In this document: piece by piece, positions 38,344-53,300 of the stretch
How positions within the stretch are numbered: the first letter of the stretch is position 1
Layout: each line of letters starts with the position of its first letter
From: Antedon mediterranea
Lineage: Eukaryota > Animalia > Echinodermata
Direction: 5' to 3'
DNA length: 64,000 bases
NCBI RefSeq assembly: GCF_964355755.1
Contig: NC_092675.1
Coordinates: 16,216,912 to 16,280,911 of the forward strand
Position numbers and translations under genes: made by a program
The notes under the pieces: model-generated
The model's database searches: none
What the model was told of the DNA's origin: nothing
The model's input: the letters and a program-made list of their open reading frames with translations, nothing else

Positions 38344-39096
38344 GGGTGTCTAGAAAACTCAGATCTAGAAAACTCAGATCTCAGATATATCTGAGTTTTC
38401 TAGATTTATAAAACTCAGATATCTGGGTTTTCTAGATCTATAAAACTTAGATATCAAGATCTGAGTTTTCTAGTTCCAAAATGGAACTAGAAAGCCCAGA
38501 TCGTATTTTCTTTATGATTTAAGCCATAAGCCACTTCTACATGTTATAATATTAGTAAAGCCTGGTTTCCATAAAATCGCTACACCGTGTCGCCGACTCA
38601 GCTGTCGCCGACAGAGCGTAGCGATTCTATGGAAACGCTAGAATTTATCGGGGATCTAGTACGCGAGCGCTACATATTCTTTGGTACACACGCATATACG
38701 ATTCATCGCCGACAAAAATCGGCAAAGTTGAACATGGTTGAACTTTGCCGATTTGTCTGCGATGAATCGGGGAGACCTCCCCGATGCGCGTCGGCGACAT
38801 CTGCGCGTGTAGCGATTTCAATGGAAACGGTGTAGCGATTTTATGGAAACCAGGCTTAAGAAAACTTTATCAGTTTTAATAATACTCTAGTATTTCAAAT
38901 GACTTAGGCCTACCTTCTGATTAATATTAATGGAATGATCCAAATGACCTACCGACCAATCATTTGATGATCTGAGTTTTCTAGTTCCATTCTGGAACTA
39001 GAAAAGTCAGATATTGATATCTGAGTTTTCTAGATCTAGAAAACTCAGATATATCTGAGATCTGAGTGTTCCTAGATCTGAGTTTTCTAGACACCC
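38344..39096. mobile_element. Foldback/MULE-like non-autonomous element
   Basis: Long modular TIRs starting GGGTGTCTAGAAAACTCAGATC; 9-bp TSD ATTTAAAAC on both sides. Confidence 0.88.
38559..38856. mobile_element. PIF/Harbinger-like MITE nested in the foldback element
   Basis: Perfect TIR AGCCTGGTTTCCATAAAATCGCTACACCGT and its reverse complement; TAA TSD. Confidence 0.88.
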
Positions 39097-41139
39097 ATTT
39101 AAAACCGTATATATTTTCTTCGGGAAAAGATCACATTTTAATATTATGCGGAGAATTAAGTACCTGATCGCATGCGTGCAGGCTACGATCTTTAGTTTTA
39201 AAATGTATCTAACTAAAGCCTGTTTTCCTGTCGATCGATGAGTTGCGTTGAGTTTCGTTAAGTTGCGTTGAGTTTAAAATCGTTAAATATAAGGTTGAAA
39301 ATAAAATAACGATGACGATGATCGAGCCGGATCGCTAATAATATGTTAATATAATAATTATATCAATTTGATTTGTTTTTAGATTGAAAAAAAAAAGAAA
39401 ATGTATAATGATAGATAATTAAACAATATGGTTAAAAAATTGTTTCTAATTGGCAACAAAGGAAACTTGTTTCTACATTTAAAATGCACCTCTTTCTCTC
39501 GTTCATTTTCCCTGGCAGCCCTCCTATTTTCTTAATATTCTTCTGCAAATTTGCTGTACATAGGCAATGTTGTTTTAATTGATATTATTCAGAAAAGAAA
39601 AATAAACGTTAATCTGCTTTTACTGAATTGAAATACGAGGAAATTAAAAACAGCAGTATTACCTTTACCAAATGATCTTATAATGATGTTAATTATTGTA
39701 CTATATTTCCATTTTAATTAAATGAGGCAGAAAATCCGTAGATTTCGACGTCTTCTATTTCCTCAGTTATGCATTTTTACTTGTTTAAAACAATTAATAT
39801 TATTACATTTTCCATTTATATTAAAATCAGTTACCTCTGCACCACAGTTGTATTTCTAGTACATACAGCTTATTAACAAGAAATTCGTTTAGTCAGAAAT
39901 GAATTGTAGCGATACATTTGAATATGTGTTTTATTTTCCTGACTGACATTAAATGACAATTAAAGATGTATTGTGCCACAAAAACAGAAAAACTGCAGAT
40001 TAATTACAAAAAAAAAGTAGGCCTACTTTGAATAGGCCATTTCACCGTTTATACAGAATTAATCACTTCCGTTAACAAAAATTTAAAAAAAAAACAATGT
40101 TTAATTTCACTTCAAAAAGACAAAATAAACGGGTAAATTCAACTAAATGACTTCCAGCCAATTTGACTGTGTGTTTTGCTTTTATACAATAAAAACATTT
40201 CCGATCCAATTATTGATTTTTAAAAAGCTGTCTACACTCAAACTTTATGTGAAAAAAAAATGTCCCATATGGACATGATGATGTCATATTATCACTACCA
40301 TATTTGGGCGTATCACCAACATATTTGAGCACATCACACCATTTTTATGAAACTATTTTCATAGTAGTAAGTGTAGACAGAGCTTGAAGCTTAATGGTTC
40401 CCACTAGAGGACTCATCTTGAATTAAATTAATCCATGGACGCATGAAACACAAGTAAATATTAAACGATGAATGTATTCGATTGCGTGTCATTAGGTCAA
40501 CTCGCTTGCGTTGCGCTTACGTCGTTGCGTTGCGTCCTAGTGTGGGAACCACGCTTTATAGTGCAATAATAATTCTGAATTAAAGATATATGTAGGTAGG
40601 CTAATGAATTGGTTTTTTTTGTTGAACATGCTATTTTAATGTCCCTTAGTTATACATTTTTACCAAAGATTGGATGAAAATACAATATTTACATGATAAA
40701 AAAATGACGCTTATTTGAAGCTAAAAAAAGGCTCATTTAATATTTTCTTTAATAAATATTAGGAGCTAACTAGGCCTAAACTTAATTGCCTAGCACATCA
40801 CATTCACATTCATGATATCAATAATCCCATTAGCTATATACTGTTTTATCCCAAATTTATGAAACGTCTATTTTCCTTTCCAATATAATTAAATTATATT
40901 AAATAGTAAATATTGAAATATGATTGGCGTTTGACCTACCTAACTTAGACATCTAGGTCAAAAGTCGGGAAGCCACTGCCCACTACTATGAATAATCGTG
41001 AACACATTTACAATTTATTGACGATACAATCAATATTTATTTATAAGATTTTGATATATATTAGATTGTAATTATTGATTTATCAAAGTTGAAGTTGAAT
41101 AGATAAACATGTTTTTGAACGACTAATATATAAAGTACC

Positions 41140-41200
41140 GAAACTACATAGTGTTATTCTCCCCGGAATTATTCCCGCAAGATGGCGACGTAGTGTAGAA
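41140..41200 (+). promoter_or_regulatory. Putative USP24 core promoter/5' UTR with YY1 motif
   Basis: CAAGATGGCG at 41178-41187 and CCGGAA at ~41163, about 130 bp upstream of the ATG, as is typical of housekeeping-gene starts. Confidence 0.55.
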
Positions 41201-41308
41201 GTTGGGAGTATTATGCGTGGGAGACACAGTTAAAACAATTTTTCGTGTAAATACGATATTAATTGTAAGTTTTAAGGTGCTACCCCATTTGCTGTATATA
41301 TTTTCATA

Positions 41309-44300
41309 ATGGAACCAAGTGAAGAACGTGTAAATACTCTTGTTAACATGGGGTTTTCTAACGTAGAACAAGTTAGGCGGGCACTGAAATTGAGTCATGA
41401 CGATGTTAACGAGGCAGTGGCCATCCTCACAAACGAGCATTCGACCAATTCATTTGATACCCTGGATGATATTGAAATGAAGGATATGGACGGTGGTCGC
41501 TCTAATGTTCATTACGGTCCAGATCCACCCCCTCCTTCGTACGATGAAGCTGTAGAACCAATCGAGGTATATGTTCATACATTTTCTGAGGAAAATACTT
41601 CCTGTTTTTATTTACAGTAATTAAATTAAATTGTAAACGATGAGCATGCTACTTCCATCCATAAATCCATACTACTTTCTAGGCCTAGGCCTAATTACTA
41701 TACTTTACTAGGCCTAGCCTAGACCTGGTTGTGGTCCTATAAGGCTATGCTACTCTTCTAGTAGTAGCCTAGGCTAGTACTAGGCCTAGCCCTACTAGTA
41801 GTAGTAGAGGGTGTGTCGAAAGCGAAGACCTCGAAAGCAAAGATCGAAGACCTCGAAAGTGAAGACCCTACGAAATGGTAGTGTGCACAAAATCCGACCA
41901 AAATCATACAAAATCATGATAACACCTTGAATTTACAGATTCTAAAAAAATATTTCGATTTTAATCGTTATGTTATCAAAAAACATGACTTTATCTATGA
42001 ACAAGCTTACGTGTTTTCGCCAATGGAGTTAGGCCTAATATGTGATATGGTTTTACGAACAAACATGCTATTTGCAAGGCGACGGACGCACAAGAAGGAC
42101 ATCGCACATACTGTAGCATTGAATTGAATATAATTATTAATATATATTAATATATTAATTAATATAGTATTACTACGGTACCGATAACTTTATGTCACAC
42201 GTCGCCTACAATTTAAAACCATAGCCAATTGTAGTATAGAAAAGTATAGAAATAAACTACAGTAAGTAAATTGTAAGAAGTAAAGGATTGCGATAGGCAT
42301 ATTTAGGCTAATTTTAGAGCCTATATAAAAAGTGTCCGTATCATAGATTTTACACTTGTTTTTAAAAATGTTATACGCGTGAATACAAATTAGAGATCCT
42401 TTTGTTTTTTGCATTTAAATATGTTGATATATGTTTATTATCTATAATTAATCGGGAGACTGTTGAATAGTCGTCTCATCCACAAGCCTGTGAGATAGAA
42501 GGTTGGGGGTTAGAGTGGTTAAGCCCGATAAAAATTCACCATCACTTTATAGAGAGTATCTCTTTTTGTATTTACCACGGGCAATGCTTGAAAACAAAAG
42601 TCAGTTTCTTTTTTTTTACCGTTTGATGATGAGGACAATTGTGGTTGGCGGAACTGGAACTTCATTAAGCTTGGCTCCCACTAGAACGTAACACAAGGAC
42701 GTAAACGCAACGCAAGCGTTTTAACCAATGACAAGCGAAGTTATAGACAGTTGGCAATCACAAGCGAATAAGCCATCGCTTGTGATTGGTCAATTCACTT
42801 GCGTTGCGTTACGTCCTTGCGTTGCGTCGCTAGTGGGAACCACGCTTTAAACATGTATTTTGACAGTCGGTAAACGTAATACCGATATATAAACACCCGT
42901 TTTAAAAATAATTAAACGTGAACACACTATCGTCACTTTACATTGCAACCGTAACAAAATCGGCAACTTTTTAAGCGAATATTTTTTTATTTCAATCTTT
43001 GTTTTGAATGGCTTTTGTGAACTTTGACATAATGGCATAATTAAATGTTATTCGGAATTATGGAAGCCGTGAAACAGATGATGTGTCGCAGGAAATGATC
43101 GATTTATAATCAAAATTTATAGAGCGCTGATGCCTATTATCATTCGTTCTTTTTAGCTTTTTGTCAAATCATAATTTGAATATATTCTGTCAAATTTGGC
43201 CCGGGAAAAGTGCGCCTTCAGAACAAACTTGCGTGTCATTACAAGTGGGAACCGACGACGAAAGCACGGTCCATAGACGTGTTCAACACTTCTGCTTTAC
43301 GTTCGTCATAATGATTCTCGATCGTAAGAAGAGGGGATGCAAAATAGATAGAAGAGTATTTTCTTATGTTGCTCGCGTCAATACGATACAGTACATTGCG
43401 GCAGGATGTTTTTGTTTAGTGGTTCGTTGGTTAATGAAATATTTGTTTTACTTTTTATATTTTTCTTCTTTACATAGTACTGTCGCTTCACCAACCACTA
43501 ACCGATACTGATAATATCATTTGTCCATTATGAATACATTAGAAAAACATTTTTAAACTGGTGAATAATTAAATCAGCAATAGTTTACTGTAGTATAGGC
43601 CTACAATGGGGAAAATGTAAAAGTTTAAAATACTGTACAGAATGACTAAAGGAAAATAAATATCTTATTGTATTTAATCATATTTTTAGACAACAGGCAA
43701 ATATTATAGATAATAAATATATATCAACATATTTAAATGAAAAAAAAGGATCTCTAAGTTGTATTCACGCGTATAACATTTTTAAAAACAAGTGTAAAAT
43801 CTATGATAAGGACACTTTTTATATAGGCTCTAAAATTAGCCTAAATATATGCCTATCGCAATCCTTTACTTCTTACAATTTACTTACTATAGTTTATTTC
43901 TATACTTTTCTATACAATTGGCTATGGTTTTAAATTGTAGGCGACGTGTGACATAAAGTTATCGGAACCGTAGTAATACTGTATTAATTAATATTGCATT
44001 CAATTCAATGCTACAGTATGTGCGATGTCCTTGTGCGTCCGTCGCCTTGCAAATAGCGCGATGTGTTTGTTCGTAAAACCATATCACATATTTTAACTCC
44101 ATTGGCGAAAACGCGTGAGCTTGTTCATAGATAAAGTCATGTTTTTTGATAACATAACGATTAAAATTGAAATCTTTTTTTAGAATCTGTAAATTCAAGG
44201 TGTTATCACGATTTTGTATGATTTTGGTCAGATTTTGTGCACACTACCATTTCGTAGGGTCTTCGCTTTCTAGGTCTTCGGTCTTCGATCTTCGCTTTCG

Positions 44301-47300
44301 AGGTCTTCGCTTTCGACACACCCTAGTAGTAGACCTACCTGGCTAAGACTAAGACTAAAGAGGCATAATGAGGTCTTTTAGGACTGTGTAGCTTAGGCCT
44401 GTGGGCCTACTACTAACTAGTCGAGAACATTTTTTTGGTCATGATTTGACTTGTGGTATTTTCGATTTACAAAAAAAACAATGGGCCACAAGATAAAGAG
44501 TAGAAAGTAAGACGATGGTAAATAAAGCCATCCTAACTCTCATACTCGATAAAGACAATGCTGAAAACAGGGGCGCGGTTACCAATACATATAATCTCAA
44601 TAAATAGATATGATAAAAGTAGTTTAATTTTATCTTAGCTGCCAAAAGGGGAGCACACTCCTCTAGCGCTCCCCCCGCCAACTAATACCCCATTTATCCT
44701 TTTAAAAAAATGGCTGAGACTGTGAGAGTAAAAAGACATAATCAAAAACATACAGTATTTAATAAGAGCACTCTATACCGTACAAAATGCCTAAAAGTTC
44801 ATTTTATCGTGATTACATCTTGTCACCCCCACCCCCCTATTTTTACAGTAAGGCCCATCATATTTTTAGTAATCTACAATAATAAGACACTCTACAGTAA
44901 TACTACTCTATAGTACCGTAATAGAAATGAGATTTTATGATATTCTATTGTTTATAAAGTGAAAGTTGAAAGTGAGTGTGCTGTTGCTTGATAATAACAG
45001 TTTTATTTATATTTTGCCCCGAACATTATATTGATTTTTAGGATGAAGAACCAAGTACGTCTGCTAGCAGTTTAAGTAAATGTGAAGAAGAAAGCCTGGA
45101 GTTTCCAACCACTAACCTGTATGAACTTGAAGGAAGAGTTTTTACAGAGCAGTGGTCTATACCTTACAAAAAAGATGAATCCTTAGGGAAATGCCTTGTT
45201 GCAGCCACCAGACTGGCCAGAGAAGGTAAATGTGAGGCAATGAGCAGATGATGTGACAAATTCTAATATCTTTAGGCACATGTGGCCAAGGATTACCAAT
45301 AGATGAATCACTGTCCTATAAAAGAGGTGGTAATCCAGGCCTTGTCTTTTAAAGTTTTTTTAAACTGCCCTTGAGGAGTGCGATTTACAACACGCTTAAT
45401 TTGGTAAACTTCTACACACCGAAATACAAACAGCACACCTACAGTACAGCACCCCTGAATGTATTGAGGAGTGCAATTTGTAGCACACCTATAATTTTCA
45501 AAAGCAAGGCCTGTAATCCCTCTGATACAGGGGCTATTTTGCGAACCAGTTCACCGGGGTAATCCCTAGTCGTCTCGAATGATGGACTGGGTTCTTTAAC
45601 ACTGGACCTTTATTATAGTTCTTATCCGAGAAGACTTGTTCCACCACCAGAACTAGGAGCAAGACGGCCTCGAATCCATGCCGATTTTGTTTGCTGTTTA
45701 GACACATCTTCATAGTGTGCATGGCTTCAGCAATACATTCCCAATCAGTACTATATTGGAACTTTTGCTACAGGGCCTAGGCTATATTGGTGCTGTTTTG
45801 CAGGGCCTGCAATGTCGACATGTCTATGACCACCACATACATTGGTGATGCAGGGCTTAAAATTTAAAAGTAGCTACTTTAAACCCACTACAGACATATG
45901 CTGTTGTCCAGTAACCTGAAAAGACAAAACACTTTAGTTTAATCCTAAATTTTTACCTTATAAACTACTATTTTTGCTTGGAGTAGTCGGTACCTTATTT
46001 CTTTGTATGAATGTTTAGGCTTATGAATTTATTTTCCAGATATATGTTAATGAAAATAAATGTTAACTTCTCTATCATAGGAAAACTACAGCAGGATGAA
46101 AATTGTGTTCGTTTTGTGGAAAGATGCATGCCGGAAGCATTTCGTAAGCTGATGACATCAAGTGCTGTCCAAAGATGGGGTCCTGATATCCAGGAGGGCA
46201 TATACTCCATGTTACAACTACTTGTTGAGTTAATAGCAGTAAGACTGCAGCATCCCCCTGTGCCTACTGCAATGTTACCATCATTATTGTTGGTAAGTTT
46301 AATTTGACAAAAAATGTGTGATGTGTTCAAATTTGGTAGTGATATGCCCAAATATGGTAGTGATATGCCCAAATATGGTAGTGATAATGTCATCATCATG
46401 TCCATATATGTGCTCATAGTTTGATAGTGTAGCTTAGCTTAATACATATTTAGGTAAGCAAGTCACCTCGCGCTAGAATTTAATCAATCACTTGGTAAAG
46501 AAAATTTAAATGATCATAGCACAAACCTGAAATTTTAGTTTCTCATTTTTTAATGCATATTAAAAAGCTAGTTAAAATGCTATGTATGTCAGCTTGATTT
46601 GAATTTTCAGTAATTTTTCTCCTCATCACTTTATTTCCTCTTCATCACTTTGTTTTCTCCTCATCACTTTATTTCCTCCTCATCACTTTACTTTCTCCTC
46701 ATCACTTTATTTCCTCATCATAACTTTATTTCCTCCTTATGACTTTATTTTCTCCTCATCGCATTATTTTCTCATCGCTTTATTTCCTCCTCATCACTTT
46801 CTTTCCTCCTCATCACTTTCTTTCCTCCTCATCACTTTCTTTCCTCCTCATCACTTTCTTTCCTCCTCATCACTTTCTTTCCTCCTCATCACTTTCTTTC
46901 CTCCTCATCACTTTCTTTCCTCCTCATCACTTTCTTTCCTCATCATCACTTTATTTCCTCATCATCACTTTATTTCCTCCTTATGACTTTATTTTCTCCT
47001 CATCACATTATTTTCTCCTCATCGCTTTATTTCCTCCTCATCCCTTTCTTTCCTCATCACTTTATTTCCTCCTCATCACTTTCTTTCCTCATCACTTTCT
47101 TTCCTCCTCATCACTTTCTTTCCTCCTCATCACTTTCTTTCCTCCTCATCACTTTATTTCCTCATCATCACTTTATTTCCTCATCATCACTTTATTTCCT
47201 CCTTATGACTTTATTTTCTCCTCATCACATTATTTTCTCCTCATCGCTTTATTTCCTCCTCATCCCTTTCTTTCCTCATCACTTTATTTCCTCCTCATCA

Positions 47301-50300
47301 CTTTCTTTCCTCATCACTTTCTTTCCTCCTCATCACTTTCTTTCCTCCTTGTCACTTCCTTTCCTCCTCATCACTTTCTTTCCTCCTCATCACTTTATTT
47401 CCTCCTCATCACTTTATTTCCTCCTCATCACTTTCTTTCCTCCTCATCACTTTCTTTCCTCCTCATCACTTTCTTTCCTTCTCATCACTTTCTTTCCTTC
47501 TCATCACTTTCTTTCCTTCTCATCACTTTCTTTCCTCCTCATCACTTTCTTTCCTCCTCATCACTTTCTTTCCTCCTCATCACTTTCTTTCCTCCTCATC
47601 ACTTTATTTCCTCCTCATCACTTTATTTCCTCCTCATCACTTTCTTTCCTCCTCATCACTTTCTTTCCTCCTCATCACTTTCTTTCCTTCTCATCACTTT
47701 CTTTCCTTCTCATCACTTTATTTCCTCCTCATCACTTTCTTTCCTCCTTATCACTTTCTTTCCTCCTCATCACTTTCTTTCCTCCTCATCACTTTCTTTC
47801 CTCCTCATCACTTTCTTTCCTCCTCATCACTTTATTTCCTCCTCATCACTTTATTTCCTCCTCATCACTTTCTTTCCTCCTCATCACTTTCTTTCCTCCT
47901 CATCACTTTCTTTCCTCCTCATCACTTTCTTTCCTCCTCATCACTTTCTTTCCTTCTCATCACTTTATTTCCTCCTCATCACTTTCCTCCTCATCACTTT
48001 ATTTTCTTCTCATCACTTTATTTCCTCCTCATCACTTTATAACCTCCTCATCACTTTCTTTCCTCCTCATCACTTTCTGTTCTCATTACTTCCTGTTAAT
48101 GAATCTTCATCACAATTGTTATCATATATGATCAATCACCATCCCTTATTTGGTATTTTGATTAATCATTTATTGTTTTTTATTACATCAGGCTTTTAAT
48201 TTGGAATGCGAGTTTCATTGTAAGAATAGAATGAAGAAAGCAGACAGGCTTCACTATGAAGAAATATTTGGAGTCAACCAAACCTATGCTGTCAGTCCAC
48301 CTTACAATACATATAAAGACCCATGTGGCTGGCTAGTCAACCTCGTTAATAAGGTAATAGTATTCAGTAGAACCACTCTTTTTCGGAGACCCCTATCAAA
48401 TATGTTTTAAAATATTGCAAGTGATAAAATGTGTAGAAAGCGATATAATGTGTAGAGTGCAGTTTGGTGCAATGGTATACAAATAATGAATGTCTATGAG
48501 TGTGAAGGTACAAATAGTTTTAAGAGGTAAAAGATGAAAGGTTATATTTTCTTGAGGCGATAGCCGATTGAGAATATAACGTTTTATCACCATTCAATGT
48601 GGAGCGATTGATATTATTACAATAATTATAGATTATGTAATAAGGGATATTGAACTAGCAAGTGAGATGTGGTAGACCTTTAATCAGAATAAATATATAC
48701 AGGGCTTTATAGAGTACTAATGTACCTATAGCCAACAAAGTTCTCCTAGATTATTGATAAGCAGATTTTTTTTTAAATGTTGCTAGTACAAAATGTACAC
48801 TATTTAACCATCTATGCTTTAATTATTCAAATTTGAGAATATTTATATTACAAAACATTTGATACTATATATTTTTTTTTTTAAGTTTGCTGAAAATGGT
48901 GGCATTGAACAGATTAAAGCATGTATTATTGAACCATCAGAAGAAGTAGATGCCTGTGTAAGTGTACCTGGAATCAATTTCATTTGTATTTTTTATTAAT
49001 AAATTTAGGATCTTGGTAGGTTAAGTTAATATACAAATAATTAATGTTTATGAGTGCGATGGTACAAATAATTTCATGCGTTGAAAGAGGAAATGAAAAT
49101 ATAATTTTATATTATAGCCTATGTAATACATGATGAACGTGATTGGTTGAAACTGCATCACATGACTACCGCTCCGAGGATCGTAATTCTTATATGTCCT
49201 GTATCTGTATAATATTTCTCTAAATTAAATTATTTGTACTACCGCACAAATATAATACCACAATACAATACCATAACTTTCTAGGTCGGAACAGACCCAA
49301 AATGATTTGGAATAGATCATGATTATACAGTTTTTTTAAATATGGTTTGAAATTACGGAAGTGAATGTCTAATTGGAACATATTTTACTGAAATAAACTG
49401 TAGTAGGTTTTTCCATGGAGGAACCATGGTTTTTCCAATACATGTATTTGTTAAGGAGATTGTTTATGATATTTCCTTATTATAGTACACAAGGTTGAGT
49501 ACACTTTAGACATGCAATTGAACTAAATCATAGGTCAACATTATATTTCAATTTTCAATGCATATAGGTTGTTTCAAAGTCACATAGCTAATTAAAGAAA
49601 ATATGTGTACAGTGTACTGTTATTAAAAAGAAGTACATTATGTGGTTACTGGTTTATTTTTCAAAATACATTGGTATCATGGAGTATACATGCTTAAGTG
49701 TAAAAATTCCAATTCTACTTTTATATGATTAAAGATGTATTGTCTCTCAAAAACTAAAAAGAAAAAAGACATTAAATAGTCCATATCACAGTTTTTATAA
49801 AGCAAAACGACTTATAAAAGGACAAAATAAAAAGGATAAAATTGACTTCTAGTCAATTTTAATATGTTTTGCTTTAAATTACAGTTTTTTTTCAGGTAAA
49901 TAATTGTTTTTTTCAATCCATTTTTTGGTCAAAGTGAATAACTATTATGTGACCTTAAAATGGCATATTCAACAAAACATTTACAAAAATGTTTTCAGGG
50001 GGACAAAATATCTTTAACTCTCTCAAACATTGGTAGGGTACACATATTTTATTATGTACTACCCTATCAATATTTAATTATTGTATTTTAGACAATGACT
50101 GCTCTGCTACAACCCCTTGGTGCTTGCTGTGAATATCTGAACCCAGTACGTGTGTCCAAGTTTCTACTACCAGTAAAAGCAAAAGTTAAGAAATATGTTG
50201 AAGATGTTAGTGATAGTGAGCTTAAACAAAAGGTAACTAATCTAAAGAAATGCAGAACATACATTGAAAAGAGTGACAGATAAATGATGTGTTTTATGCA

Positions 50301-53300
50301 AGGGTAATGCTTATATCTGGTTAGCGACTAGATTAGGCTGTAGTAGGAAGACAAGTATGTCTATCTCTCCATCTATCTGTCTATATATCTATTGGTTCCA
50401 TCTTCATGTTGGAGGTCATTCTTTGCCAGCCGTCCTATCCAATGCTTGTCTCACACATTTTTCATAACTTTTGGTGTTGATCCATTCTTTGATGTCATCA
50501 ATCCATTTCCTACAATGTCTGCCTCTTCCTCTATTTGTCACCACCCAAGAAGATCGCTGCAAATGTCCTTGCCGAATCGAGTAAAATATTCAATTAATTA
50601 TCTTATCTATTCTTCGAAGTGGTACTTTAGTTGGTTGCATACCCAGTCTTAGAGCATTGGTTCAATTCTAGCTAGAGTCTAAAAGATTGTTTATGTTTTG
50701 TATTTTTTAGAAAGCAATAAGTATTTGTGATCTGTTGTCTACATTAAAAATCCTCTGTATAAACTTTTGGTCAGAAGATGTTAGAGAAGTGGACAATTTA
50801 AGGTTGGACATAGCTCTACGTATGTTGAAGTCACCACACTTTAATGCTAAAATGAACAGTCTTAAAGAGGTAAGTAACAAGTTGCTGACATTCCCCAAAA
50901 TAAAATGTGTGCAATAACAAATTGTAAAATAATAAATTTGGTTTTTTCCATTGTTATTAATTACCATATTTTGTTTTTAAATTTCTGAATTTTCAAATCT
51001 TAAATTTTTATTTTTAGTGTATGTATACATTTGTGTCTAAAAATGTTGTGCCGCAATTTAGTTCATTCTGCAATGACCATTATTATAAATTTGTATATTT
51101 TAATACGAATAAAAGTACCAGGAATATAAAATAATTAAATATGATATTTTATAAACATTTTTTAGTACGAAAAAGGCGAAAGAATAAAGCGCTCATTCAA
51201 ATAGGGTTATTACTTGAATGCAGTATGTATTTATGTCAATATAATTGTGATCGTTTATCATTATTATTTAGATTCGTAAAATGATAGATGAATCAACAAC
51301 TTCTAGACGAACAGCAATGGAAGAAGATGTGATTGCTGATTGGCTGGTTGAAAATAAGATCTTAACAGTAGCTTTAGAAGGTATGACCATTATATATGAC
51401 CAGTGGCCAAACTCTAATAGTAACCCCCCCCCCCCCCTTCTAATAGTAACCCAACTTATAAGTCAATCTATAATAATAACCCAATACTCTAATAGTAACC
51501 CATGGGGTTAATGTCAGAGTCACAAAAACTATTGACAAAATTAAATTATGAAGACTGGTCATTTTGATGTAGCCATATTTTGAAATAAGGAGATAATGCA
51601 TGTTGATCTCGGGGGAGTGGGGGAGGATTGAGTGTTTTTGGGTTTATAAAATAAAATTGGAGTTCAAACAAATTTGTTTATTCGTACTGTTTAATTATTT
51701 TGCTATGATTTGCTGACCGGATAAGTTGAGGTGGGTTAATATTTTAAGATTAGTAATATTAACCCACTACTCTAATAGGAACTCCCCTTCTAATAGTAAC
51801 CCACCCCCTAAAAAACAATCAAAGAATAATAACCCAGGGTTTATACAATTAGAAGATTTATGGTAAATATTTTAAGTGTAAATGTTTGGGTTAGCCTTTC
51901 CTAGCTTTTTTTTTACAACCCCTTTGCTTTCTGGCAGGTAACATTGACCAGTCTCAGTATTGTGACCGATTAAAGGGAATCGTTGAGTTTTTAGGAACTA
52001 AACTTTCACTAGAGGAACTCACAAAGATATGGAAGATGCAGGTAAATATTCAATTATGTTATCAAAGCTTCTAAACATCTGAATAAATAGCAATGGTTTG
52101 GTTTTATTATGATTAAATATTAATAATTGATAAAATGTTCATGATTCAATCATTATATTATACTGTGTAAATGTCTGTCTACACTATCAAACTTTATGTG
52201 ACATGTGACGATCCCTTAAATGTCTGTCTACACTATCAAACTTTATGTGACATGTGACGATCCCTTAAATGTCTGTCTACACTATCAAACTTTATGTGAC
52301 ATGTGACGATCCCTTAAATGTCTGTGACTTGAGCAGATAAGGATAGCAGTTTAAACCGCATTGTTTACCAAGAAATAAAAAAAACATATTAAACTATTTT
52401 TGTGTTTGTATTCAGCAAAATGATCAGCATATGACAGTGGTTGATAATATTCACTCAATCATGGCAGCCACAGCAGTTCATCTTAACAGTGCTCAGTTAG
52501 ACCACCTATTTAGACTAATACAAAAGGTAAGATAAGGCAGTTTCATGACATCGCATATGAGTATGTGCAGACAAGTAAATGTTGACAATTTATAATTGAA
52601 TTGTTAACATTTACATAATAAACTATAGGCTTAATATAATTAAGTAATTCTTTTAAGATTAAATTAGTCATTTATCATATATGTTATTTATATATTTGTA
52701 GTACTTATTTAGTAGTCACTGGTTGGAGGTACACACCTAATTGGTGACAGTGGCTTTTGCTTCTTTTCTGCTTTCCTGGCAGCTAGTGACTATGATATTT
52801 TTTCTTCTTGCGTCGTGTTTGTTCAATTTGTTGATTTGGATTATATTTTGTAAAATGTATCTTTTGCCTGAATAAATAATTATGTGGTGGCTATAGGAAG
52901 TATTGTATTGTCGGCTTTTATACCCTGTGGTATGATTTTAGGGATTTTTTGGTGACCCCAGAATATGGGTTGATTATAGTGTTTGTCCCTGGTTTGTTTC
53001 ACACGAGAGAGTCCCCTGAAAAGGAGTGTCCCAGAGGATGGGTTGATTATAGTGTTTGTCCATGGTTTGTTTCACACGAGAGAGTCCCCTGAAAAGGAGT
53101 GTCCCAGAGGATGGGTTCTATTTTATTAACATAAACATGTATTTGTGGATTAAATAAAATTCATCTTTTTATAGGCCTGGAAAGAAGAAAATGAACGTAT
53201 GAGAGAGAAACTACTGTCCTTGATTGGCACAATAGGCCGTGATTCAAAGCACCCCAAAACAACCAATAAAGTATTAGAACTGCTGTGGGACTTGGCACAT

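Noticed and set aside
41927-44198. Pair of near-identical ORFs on opposite strands (MNLQILKK..)
   Set aside because: They are the two arms of the foldback TIR; short, with no protein features.
46739-48199. 486-aa and 382-aa F/S/L/H-rich ORFs
   Set aside because: They are translations of the 19-bp minisatellite, which lacks stop codons on this strand, and lie inside a USP24 intron.
52168-52326. Regular repeats resembling a CRISPR array (also 32776-33710 and 46612-48080)
   Set aside because: Head-to-tail tandem units with no unique spacers, no cas genes and a eukaryotic intronic context.
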